A stretch of 64,000 nucleotides of DNA, from positions 22,444,001 through 22,508,000 of the forward strand of contig NW_024704747.1 of the NCBI RefSeq assembly GCF_018977255.1, in the 5' to 3' direction. Below the pieces are notes generated by a model that was given only the letters and a program-made list of their open reading frames with translations, was not told the DNA's origin and searched no databases. The DNA comes from Callorhinchus milii (Eukaryota). This document shows, in pieces, positions 1-26,239 of this stretch (positions are counted from its first letter, which is position 1; every line of letters begins with the position of its first letter). Made by a program: the position numbers and the translations under genes.

Positions 1-205
1 TCCCTCTCTTGCCTCCTTCAAGGCACGTCTCAAGACCCTCCTCTTCAACCGTACCTTGGGCCACCCTCCTACCCTTTCTGCCTTCCACCCTCCCTGATCC
101 CAATGCCCCCTTCACCCCGCCCGCTGCTCCGGTCCTAATCCCTAACAGTTCCGTGCCTTGGAGGATGTTGTCTCGATGTGAAAGGTGCTTTACAAATGTA
201 ATTTT
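1..205 (+). mobile_element. L2-type LINE 3' end fragment
   Basis: SLASFKARLKTLLF-type RT terminus, C-rich spacer and tail gccttggaggatgttgtctcgatgtgaaaggtgctttacaaatg, shared with the copies at 22440-22500 and 6435-6495. Confidence 0.8.
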
Positions 206-277
206 ATATTGTATGTTACAATTGTTATGCACATAAAATTCAACTGCAAAGTCTGAAAATAATGACGTGAATTATAA

Positions 278-540
278 TAATAATAATAATAATCCTTGCA
301 TTTGATATAGCGCTTTTCACGTCGGGAGGACGTCCCAAAGCGCTTCACAGAATATACTGTAAAGTGAATTGACTGTATATTTGTGGGCGAACGCGGCAGC
401 CAATTGCGCACAGCAATGTCCCACAAACAGTCGTAGATTGAAAATGACCAATTTATTATTGTTTTGGGTTTTTTGGAGGGATTATTATTAGGCGTGTGGA
501 GTAAGGAAACTTGCCCAAGGTTTCGCCCTGCCTGGAAGGG
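278..540 (-). mobile_element. tRNA-derived SINE, near full length, with L2-derived tail
   Basis: Reverse complement of the family core (ctgtttgtgggacattgctgtgcgcaattggctgcc...gtgaagcgctttgggacgtcc...aaatgcaaggattattatt); (TAA)n tail. Confidence 0.85.
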
Positions 541-1356
541 CAAGAAATACCTAAAACATTAATAATTATGTTGAATAATTACACTAAATTGCACTCATAT
601 GCATTTAGCAGGTTGTATAATTGTGAAAAGTACATTATATTTAGGTTGCTTTATTATAACTATCCCTGCATTTGGTGTAATGCCTTATCATATTGGAATA
701 TCTCAAAGTGCTTCACACGCAATTTCACACAAGTGATGAGGTCGGAGGTTAGAAGTGGGGATGAGAGATGGTAAAACAAATACTCTGAAAAGATTGCACA
801 GAGGGAGCACACCATAGAATGCTTAAGATGAAACATAAATTTTGATCCAAGTAAGTCTTGCGTTCGTGTTTTCCTGTAAGAAGCCTTTCTGTAAAAGGAT
901 TATTTCCGTAAACAGACGACGTGTATTTCTGCGTCAGTGCTGAAATTCGCATAGTAACCCTTACATCAGGTGCAGCGCCGTTCGAGGCGGAAGGACGTCT
1001 CAGAGCGCTTCGCAAGGATGTACAGTAAAGCCTCACATAAGTCGTACCAGTTGGCATCGCACAATTAATAACAATAAAAGCATCAGTTATGTCAAGTCAG
1101 CGTAGACCATAAACCCTTGGAACGGGAACTCGGGCAGATGCGCGACTTTGGCGGCGACACGATACGATTTATACGGATCCGACGTACCCGAGCTCTACCG
1201 TCAAAGGCGGAGGGCGGGGACCGTGAGGTTCTCGGGGCCCGAACGCCGGTCGGCAACAAACGGCGGCGGGTGGCGCAAACCTGCGAACAGTTGCGACAAG
1301 AGGCGCGTGGCGTTCCTGGGAAAGCGGGCGGTAGACTAGGACGACAACACGCACAC

Positions 1357-1379
1357 ATATATATATATATATATATATA
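1357..1379. repeat. (TA)n microsatellite
   Basis: atatatat... flanked by CA/TG runs; similar tracts at 26216-26230 (CA) and about 26468-26493 (TA). Confidence 0.9.
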
Positions 1380-1404
1380 CACACAGATATGTGCGTGTGT
1401 GCGT

Positions 1405-1575
1405 ATTGGGTCATTTTCAATCCACGACTGGTCGCGGGACGCTGTGCTGCGCGCGACCGGCTGCCGCCATCCGCCCACCAACTGTTCCGGTCAATCCGCT
1501 TTGCGTCGGGAAGACCTGGAAAAGCGCGATGTCGAAACGCAAAGATCATTATTACGATTATTGGGATTATTGTTT
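1405..1575 (+). mobile_element. SINE 3' part, GC-shifted, inside CpG island
   Basis: caatccacgactggtcgcgggacgctg...aaagcgcgatgtcgaaacgcaaagatcattatta aligns to the family core. Confidence 0.65.
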
Positions 1576-1727
1576 TTCGGACACAGACGAGACAGACGGT
1601 GGGTGGGTGGGGGGGTGGGGTGGGGGGGGGAGCGAGCGAGGGAGGGAGACAGTGCGGGGGGTGGGGGTGTTTAATGACCGCTCAGCGCAGACAGACACAC
1701 AGACACACAGACACCCCCCACCCCCTG

Positions 1728-1740
1728 ACTTTCGCTTTCC
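1728..1740. promoter_or_regulatory. IRF-E / ISRE element
   Basis: ACTTTCGCTTTCC (reverse GGAAAGCGAAAGT) matches the IRF consensus GAAAS(Y)GAAAS(Y). Confidence 0.75.
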
Positions 1741-1772
1741 TCTAACTCGCGCGGACCTGGTGCTGCTGTAAC

Positions 1773-1781
1773 TTCTCGGAA
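1773..1781. promoter_or_regulatory. GAS element
   Basis: TTCTCGGAA = TTC-N3-GAA, 32 bp from the IRF-E. Confidence 0.7.
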
Positions 1782-2629
1782 AGCACGTGGGCCGCTCTTC
1801 CCACAGCTCTCCCCCTCCCCCTCCCCGGGCCCCGCCCCCTTCCCCGGGCCCCGCCTCCGGCCCCGCCCCCTCCCTCCCCCTCCCCCTGGCCCCGCCCCTC
1901 GCCCCGCCCACGTCGGCAGCGGGAACACTGTCGACTCCGGCGCTGAGCCGAACGCGATTGGTCAGGAGCCGCGTCCGGTCCCGCCCACCACCCCCCCGTC
2001 AGGGCACCCCGGGGGCGCTGATTGGTCGAGGTCAGTGTCAATCAGTGGGCGGGCGGGCGGCGCCCACTCGGCCTGACTTGTTGCTCCCGGTGCACGTCGG
2101 AGCCGCAGCAGTGTCGGTGCCGGACATCAGTCGGCAACAGCTCTCCCCCTCCCCCTCCCCCCTCCCCCGGGCCTCCCTCCCTCCCTCTGCCGTCAGCCAC
2201 AGCCGGTCAACCGGTCAACCGGTCAGTCAGTCAACCAACCAACCAGACGACCAACAAAAGACGTGAGCGCCGACTTCAGGTCCCGGTTCAGGTTTTGGTT
2301 TTTTTTTGTGTGTGTGTAGTGTTCAGAGACGACTTCATCTCCTCCTCCTCCTCCTCCTCACACCGCACCGCACCGCGCACCAGGTGAGTGTCCCTCTGGG
2401 TCTCCCTACACAGGTGTACACAGGGTCTCTGGTGAAAGCCTTGGGATTGACTCAGGTTTCATCACACACCGACCACCGGGTTATTATTATTTTTTTTTGG
2501 GGGGGGGGTTTGGGGGTGTGGGGGGGTGTGTGGGGGGGGGTTTGGGGTTTTATGGGTTTCCAAAAAATATGGATGTGTTGTTGCTCATGTTCCAGCCCCC
2601 GGTTTAATCTCCCAACAGGTAACCTGTGG

Positions 2630-3045
2630 CGAGGGACGCGGTGGGATTCCCGCGGTTAGAGCGAGCGAGAGACCCCGGGGTTCGGGTCCCTGACCCGGCG
2701 AAATGTGGGGGCAAGTTTCCTTAACGCCACGCGCCACCCCCCCGCCCTCCCCCCCCCCCCCCCACCCCCCCCATGTCTTACCGGGCGGTAAGAAGGAACC
2801 CCGGTTGTCAGTTTGATCGGCTGATCCCTTCTCCCGGGGGTGGCAATCCCCCGTCCGAAAAAGTATACCGTAATTGGTCACTGAATCCGTGACTATTTGT
2901 GGGGCGCTGCTGCGCCCAGTTGGCGACTGCACTTCGCCCGCGACGTACGCAGTAAACTCACCTCACAGTGCAGTCTGTGAAGTGCTGTTGAGACGTCTGG
3001 AAGACGTGCGAAGGCACTGTGTCAAATGCAAGGATTATTATTGTC
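2630..3045 (+). mobile_element. Full-length tRNA-derived SINE, GC-shifted
   Basis: Pol III A/B-box-like head (ggttagagc...gggttcgggtccc), middle shared with the 18361 copy (aggaacccggttgt), family tail ending aaatgcaaggattattattg. Confidence 0.75.
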
Positions 3046-5237
3046 TCGGCGTCGTGCGGGAAGAACCAAGTTGTTGGAATGGTTGGCAGAGTATTTGGGG
3101 TTCCCTGTGAATTGTTCTTGCTCTAAAAAGAAAACTCCCTCTGATCACATCCCCAGCTTTGGTCCCAAGCCAGAATTGTCAAGGGTTTTGGAATCCCCCT
3201 CTGACTTGAAAGTGCTATGTAAAGTGTACAGTATAAATACATTCATTCGGTATGAAATACAGTAAAACACGCATTAGTCTTATCTTTATAAGTTGTATAG
3301 TCGCCAAATTTGTACACTCACTGAGTCCCATTCAGATTCCTAGCAAAACCACTAAGATTTTTTTCAACATGTTAATCACCGCGTAACTCCACTGCCCTAC
3401 GCTCACAGAAAATATAGTCTTGACCCGTCGTCGTACGCGCAGAAGAATTTCATTTCCCAGGATGCCAACGCGTGCTGGTAAATTTGTAATCAGAGACGGG
3501 TCAAAACGGATTAAATCGCAGGAATTAATCGGTATTAATCTTACCGTCTGCAGTGTCGAACTACCTCACGTGCACTTACCTACTGCATTGAATTACGCCT
3601 TTGCAGTGTAGATTATTGATTAAATTGAATTTTATACAATTTGCCTAGAATTTGGACTTTGTGTAAAGCCATATTAAATATTATGGTCCCGACTGATATT
3701 ATGTATGTGAGTTTTACTGTCTTTATTGTTTAAACATTGCACTATTAACGGTGTAGATTTACATAACACTTGCATTTGGCATTGCGCTAAATCGTGTCAA
3801 AAAATCCCGGTGTAATAAATATAGTAACTGGCATTATGGTGGCATTTAATCTGTCAGCTGTATTGCACAAACAGTAATAACAACAAATTGCATTTATATA
3901 GCCCCTTTGGCATCGAGAGGCCCTAAGTGCTGAAACATCTTGAAAAGATGACTGGCTAAATTTAAACTTGTTTTGGTGGATTTGGGTGACAGCAGCTTAC
4001 CAGCTGGAACCTGGGAGAACTATCAGCTCTTCATAACAGTTGGATCATTAATGTCCACATGAATAAGGAGACGGGACACTCTCGACTTCAATGATGTCAT
4101 TGTTGCACTGAAGTCAGTCGATCAAAATTCTTTTTTTTTTCCTGAAGCACACTGAATTTTGTCCACGTAACTTTCATTTCAATTATATTTTGTAAATTGC
4201 TTTGAGGTGTTTATTTGCCACAAAATGACACATTCACAGTCGATTTACACTTTATAATAAATTCTGTGAAGTGCATTGAGACGTCTCGATGACATGATAA
4301 GCAGTTATATCAAATGCAATGATTATTAATATTATAGATTTTCCTCCTATTCTAACCTTTTTTCCGTAACATTCTCACTTACCTTTTTCCTTCTTTCATC
4401 CAATTTGGAAGGTGGAAGTAATTTTTTTTTAAAAGAGTGTTTTCATTGTTCCCGAACCAGAATTTACGACCAGTTTTGCAGCCAATGAAAGAACTAAGAG
4501 TGATAGCAACACAACATTAGAAGTGTTCATTGCTTAGATTTTTGAATGTGGATTTCCAACAGCCCTCAGAGAAGTCAGAGCAGTGTTGTCTGGATTGCTC
4601 AACGTAATGTAATTTTGTGGGTGTGTTGCTCCATGAATTATGGTAGGTACCACAAGTAGAACATTAATCTTCCCTAAAGGCCATCAGCATTTATTTTGTT
4701 TCATGGTACCATATTTGTTGGATAAAGAAATTTGGGGGGGGAAAAAATCCTTTCGGCAGCTATCTCCCCTGATGCTTGGAAAAGGTCCTTACTGACTTAC
4801 TGTGTTGCACTACCTTTAGTTTGGAAACAAAAATCAATTGGGGCACTCTCTCCAGATTTCTGTCCAGGGATCCCTGTTTGCCGTGGGAACATCAGACGAG
4901 GATACAATCTTGTTCAGCTGTGATATGTATAATGAAACAGTTGATAACCACCCCCGAAAGTCAAATAGATCACAGTCATTCACTGTCAAAGGAGTCATGG
5001 TGAAGGGGCGGGGGAGAAGAATTGACAAAACAATGGTTTGATTTAGCCAGCCATATTCTTTTATGTCAACACAACATTTTGGTTGAAAGTTTTGGAATAA
5101 AATTCTCCTTGGATCCAGATTTACTTAATTTTCCCCCACAAAAGTGCGGTCGATTCACTTGACAGTATATTCTGTGAAGCACTCAATGACGTGATAGCGT
5201 GCTACATCAAATGGAAGGAATTATTATTATAACTTCA

Positions 5238-6495
5238 TTAAGTGCAGCCACACGGGGAGCGGCGGCAGGACAGCGCGGCGAGGAGCCTGGGCCTACCTAC
5301 CCGGGTATTTAAGGTCGCGGCGGCAGGGAGTGCAGCTTGCGGGTCTGAGGAGGGAAGGGGTGGGGGCGGTGTGGGGGAACCGCTGACGTCATAGTTTAGT
5401 TTCCAGGAGTGTGCGCGCGCAAAAAAAAAACAAAAAAACCTCTGCACCCCCCACCCAGGGCTCACATCAGGGCCCACCATGGTCCTGTTGGGTTGGCAGC
5501 CCCAGCCTATGGGCTAATGCCATCCACCTGACCGCTCGCTCCTGGTCTCCGCGTGCGCACTATGGCTGCCGCTTTGACCCGAGCCCCCTCAGCCCCTCCC
5601 TCCCCCCTCCTCTCTACCCCCAAACCCTCCCCCCTCTGCATCTCTCCCGCTCTGCCCTCTCTCTCCGTCCCTCTCGCCTTCTATCTCCACTTGACCCTCC
5701 CACAACCTCCCTCTGTTCCAGCCTGGGAATCCTTCACCGGGCTCACCGTGGCACTCGGCGTTGGCTGTCCAGCAGCAGCCACACCGACTGCCCCATTCCC
5801 CATCACACTCGCCAGCCACCCCGGACACAGACCCGGGGAGCCAACCTCTCCTCCCTCATCCCCATTTCCCCCACCCCTGCCTCACAACCGGGACCCCCCT
5901 CCCTCCCCACACACCCTTCTGTCAACCGCTCCCTCCACATTGGACTACAAAACGTCTGCTCCCTCTGTAACAAGGCCCTGGTCATCAACGATCTCATCCT
6001 TGATGAGCGCATTGGCATCATGGCCCTAACGGAAACCTGGCTCACCGCAGGTGACACCTTCCCCCTCACGGAGGCCACACCACCCGGCTACACCTCCTAC
6101 CACATCCCTCGCCCCAACCGCCCTAAAACCTCTCCCACTTTCATCTCTGATATTTCGACACTTCTCACATCTCTCTGCCTCTGCTCTGATCGCCTCATCA
6201 TCCTGGGCGACTTCAACCTGCACTTCACCCCCTCCTGCTCCATCTCCTCGGACTTCTCTTTCCTGCTCTCCTCGCTCAACCTCTCCCTCCCCATCAACTC
6301 CCCCACTCAACTCCCCCTCTCAACTCCCCCTCCCCTTCAGCTCCCCTCTCGACTCTCTACCCCCTCCTCGCTCCCTCCCTTCCCTCCCCTCACCCTGACC
6401 ATTTCCCCCCTGCTCGGGTCCTGACCCAACTGTACAGCGCCTTGGGACGTCCTCCCGACGTGAAAGGCGCTCTATAAATGGAATCTTGTTGTTGT
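5238..6495 (+). mobile_element. Internally deleted L2-type LINE derivative (5' region, partial APE endonuclease, 3' tail, no RT)
   Basis: ORF 5411-6424 has APE motifs LQNVCSL, LTETWL and ILGDFNLH; it is followed directly by the tail cagcgccttgggacgtcctcccgacgtgaaaggcgc...(TTG)n. Confidence 0.8.
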
Positions 6496-7696
6496 TAATA
6501 TTTCATTTCAGATTGTCCAGAATTTGTCAATTTCTTAATTTCTTAAATGCAATCTTTAATTTTGAAGCCGCTTTTATTTGAGTTCCTTTCTGAACTACTG
6601 AAACTGGCTTCAAATTGAACACCAAATTCAACAATTTAATAAATTCTGCGCTCTGAAATGCTAAATTAATAGCGTAAATCAAGACCCAGGTGGATCTTCT
6701 AACCCACAATTGGTGGATAAAGGAATGTAAATTTCTTAAAATTATCACAGATTTGGATTTGTTTAAATAAAATAACCAATTTGTTTATTTTTGATCTGCA
6801 GTTGAATAAGTTGCTATTCTGCTCAACTGGCTGATAAATATTGACTGACATGAAGTAGCATGTCTTTATTGAAAACTATGGCTAGGATTTTAAGCAACAA
6901 GTCTTCATTAATAGTTATTTTAGAGTTATTTTGTCGACAGTTACCTACAATGTACCCCGTGAACGTTCATGTTTGAACAAAGAGGAATATTATAAGGTGT
7001 GGGAACGAGTAGGAAAATGGGAGTAAATTCATTAGCTCATGTAGAACAAAATGCCAGCACGATTGAATGTCTGACATCTGTCCCGTAATATTTAATAAAA
7101 AGGCACTTCACCGAGTTGCAAATTACCCTCAATATTTAGCAAATGAATAAAATGCTGCTAATGTAAATTGCACTAAAATGATATACATCAACTGTGCATA
7201 GTGTTTTAGAAAACAAATTACAAATCCAACTCTTTCAGTTTTAAGTTGTAAAATGTCGCAATTTGGACCTGTTTTAACTAAGGTGTGTCGAAGAAAGAAG
7301 GTATCCTAATGGTGTTGGGTTTCATCACTTTGAGCCAACTTTCAGCTATGTTGGCTGAAAGCTATGTCACCATATTGTACTGTACTTGATTTAACTAATC
7401 TTTGAATAGGATCAAGGTTTGGAGAAATGTGTCTCCGTTTCTTGTGCTTGTTTGATAACACCGACGATGCACCTAGCATTGTATTTATGTTACAAACTAC
7501 TTAAGATAAACATTCATTCATATCGTCTGAGATCTGGATACTGTTGAATCTGCTCACTCTATTGCCATTTGCTTTAAAGTTGCACTTTGTGGCTTTATGT
7601 TTGTCTGTCATATTTTCCACAAGAGCAGGGGAAAGTCTGTGCGGGAATTCAGCTAAAAATTGCTCCGTTGAACAATGACAGATGCTGTTAGTCAAA

Positions 7697-7997
7697 GCAG
7701 CTGTGGTTTAACGGCTTTGCGAGTGAGAGACCTGGGTTCAATTCCTGGCAGGGAGAAACCTTGGGCAAGTTTCCTTATTCCACAAGCCTGATAATAATCC
7801 CTCAAGAAAAGAAAACAGAATAATACATTGGTCACTTCAATCCACGACTGTTTGTGGGACACTGCTGTACGCAATTGGCTGCCACATTTCGCCCGCAAAT
7901 CTACAGTCAATTCACTTTACAGTCTATTCTGTGAAGCGCTTTGAGACATCTAGAAGACGTGAAAAGCACTACATCAAATGCAAGGATTATTATTATG
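7697..7997 (+). mobile_element. Full-length tRNA-derived SINE
   Basis: Head with B-box ctgggttcaattcc, same middle as the 278-540 copy (aaccttgggcaagtttcctt), family core and tail. Confidence 0.85.
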
Positions 7998-8356
7998 TTT
8001 ATATTGCACTCAATATTATTTCTAGGATAACTAATAAAAACACTTCTTCGATGGCTCTTTGAGCCACCTGAGGAAGCTGGTATCATCTGAATTACTTTAC
8101 AAGAATTTTCCATCAATATTTCGGCTGCCGTAATATAAGACTTATTGTGTGGCACAGAATCCTCTTGGAAATTCCTCGCCTCTACCCTTTGCCAATGAAA
8201 TGTCTCACTACCGCAGAAGACGAGTGTAAACACGATCAAACACGCACACCCGTTCTTACTTTCACATTTCTATTTGTCAGTCCATCATGCCTTTGAGGGC
8301 TAGTACATGTTAGCAGCTTCTGAGCACAAATGAAAAGAAGTGGGTCAAAAGTTAGT

Positions 8357-9145
8357 ACAACAACAACAAGATTGCATTTATAGAGCGCCTTTCACGTCGG
8401 TAGTACGTCCCAAGGGGCTGTACAGTTGGATCAGGACCCGAGCAAGGGGGAAATGGTCAGGGTGAGGGCAGGGAAGGGAGGGAGCGAGGAGGGGGTAGAG
8501 AGTCGAGAGGGGAGCTGAAGGCACGGTCAAAGAGAAAGGTCTTGAGACCGGCCTTGAAGGAGGAAAGGGAGGAGGCGGCGAAGGCACTGGGGGTTGGCGT
8601 TCCAGAGCCTGGGCTGAGAGGCTGAAGGCCCGGCCACCGATGGTAGGGCGGTTGGGGCGGGGGATGTGGAGCAGACCGGAGCCAGAGGAACGGAGGGTAC
8701 GGGCAGGTAGGTAGGGGGATAGTAGGTCGGAGGGGTAGGAGGGAGCAAGGCCGTGAATGGCCTTGTAGGTGAGGATGAGGATCTTGAATTCGATCCTCTG
8801 GGGGATGGGGAGCCAGTGGAGGCGAGCGAGGGTGGGAGTGATGTGGTCGCGGTGTCTGGTGCGGGACAGTACACGAGCTGCAGAGTTCTGAATGACCTGC
8901 AGCTTGTGGAGGGAGGAGCCGGGAAGGCCGGCGAGGAGAGAGTTCCCATAGTCCAGCCTTGAGGTGATAAAGGCGTGGACCAGGGTTTCAGCAGCGTGAG
9001 GGGTGAGGTAGTGCCGTAGTCTGGCGATGTTTCGGAGGTGATGGAAGGCGGTGCCAGTTGTGGTGCGGATATGAGGAAGAAATGACAGCTCAGGGTTGAA
9101 CAGAACGCCGAGGTTCCTGACTGACTTTGAGAGGTGGAGAGTACA
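8357..9145 (-). mobile_element. L2-type LINE 3' fragment (RT C-terminal part and tail)
   Basis: Reverse strand resembles 21800-22500 (TLVHAFITSRLDY, LHWLP..RIEFKIL); (CAA)n tail at about 8357. Confidence 0.88.
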
Positions 9146-9652
9146 TTGTGATGGTTGGGATAATACTTTTATTTGATATAGCGCCTTAACACGATCAAAA
9201 TGTCACAAAGCACTTGACAAGATCTTACTGTGAAATACAGGGATTGTGCATTTGTAGGTCAACACAGCAGATAATTTGCACTTAGCAAAGACCCACAAAG
9301 TTCCTTCACCACTGCTGGGGGGAGTGAAGGGGATAATCTGGAAGGCCAGTGTTTTCTTGGGTTGTTAGTCTGCTAGCATTGAATATCGGGATGGGTGAAC
9401 ATCTTGAGGTTTTTGTTGGCTTGCTGTCGGGGATGGAGTAATCTTTAAATACAGTCCACTAGTTTCTAAATACATTCCTTACGTTGGCCTGAGATGAATT
9501 ATTGCCATTTTTTTCCCCAGATGATTGATCTCACAAGCTTTTTACCGGTTTAAGGAACACAGTAGTGTCGAGGGTCACTGAGTTTCCAGTGAGCTTTATC
9601 CTAATGTTAACCTTTTTGTTTCTATTTTAATCATTAGCAAAATCTGCTTTGA

Positions 9653-25339
<15,687 letters not shown>

Positions 25340-26035
25340 CTGAATCCTTCACCTCCACGGTTCTACACCTCAAAGCCTCATCATTTTATTTAACGTATGA
25401 CACTGATTTGGTGTCACTTGTCCAAAGCTGATCTTGCTGTATTGTAAATATGAATTTGTTTTTGGTATAAATGTTATATGTGGCTTGGTAGTATCAGCAG
25501 CCGCTACTTTGTAATGTTTTAGTTACACAAATTTTTGGACAAAAAAATCTACAATCTTTTTTTAATACTGTATTAAGCCTCTACCATGATGCAATATGTC
25601 TGGCTGCAATACAATCAGGTAATGTGTACACTTCTCCTATGATTTAACTAAAGCAACACACATTTTGTTAAATATTTGGTATGAATTTGTTTAAACCACT
25701 CTGACTTTTCTCTGAGTCAAGAGAAATAAATCTCACAGGCAACTAGGATTTATAACACCAGCTGTGAACTGTATAACTTGCCTTATTATTTAATTTCTTT
25801 ACTGGGTGATAGTCATGGCCTTTTTAAAACATTTAGTATTGAAGTGATACATGTTAGCTTTTGGAGATGATTTTTCAATGAAGCAAATATTTTGCAAAGC
25901 AATTATGGAAATACCTTAAAACCTATTGCTATTACTGATCTGAAAGTGATGACTGCTCTTGGAAATGCTTATTGCAACTTTGTATTGTTTGAAATGAAGT
26001 ATAATTATAAATAAACTTGTTACAGAATGCATAGT
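25340..26035 (+). other. STAT1: STAT1 3' UTR with poly(A) signals
   Basis: AT-rich sequence after the stop; AATAAA at 25725-25730 and 26010-26015; the end coordinate is approximate. Confidence 0.6.
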
Positions 26036-26239
26036 GCCAGATGATTTCATCTTCAACATCCTCCCGACCTGAAAGATACTATACAAATGTAATTTTGTTG
26101 TTGTACAACACTCAAAAAGAGTGCGAAAATGGCAAACTGGTTGTAAGCTCACCCACTGATGGGGGTGTGTTTGGGACTTAAAGCAGGAACGTTATCTCAT
26201 TCTTTTCCCCCCTTTCACACACACACACACGCAAGAACA

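Larger units (their letters stand above)
1100..3050 (+). promoter_or_regulatory. CpG island / STAT1 promoter and first non-coding exon region
   Basis: Very GC- and CpG-rich against an AT-rich background; clustered GC boxes (CCCGCCCC, about 1830-1910); inverted CCAAT boxes (ATTGG 1957-1961, 2021-2025); E-box CACGTG 1784-1789; strong donor cag|gtgagt at 2383/2384. Confidence 0.85.

Noticed and set aside
1092-2932. Many overlapping Pro/Gly/Arg-rich ORFs in the ORF track
   Set aside because: They are by-products of a stop-poor CpG island, microsatellites and SINEs; no recognisable domain.
7697-7760. tRNA-like sequences with A/B boxes (also 2630, 18361, 37365)
   Set aside because: They are SINE heads attached to SINE bodies; no complete cloverleaf.
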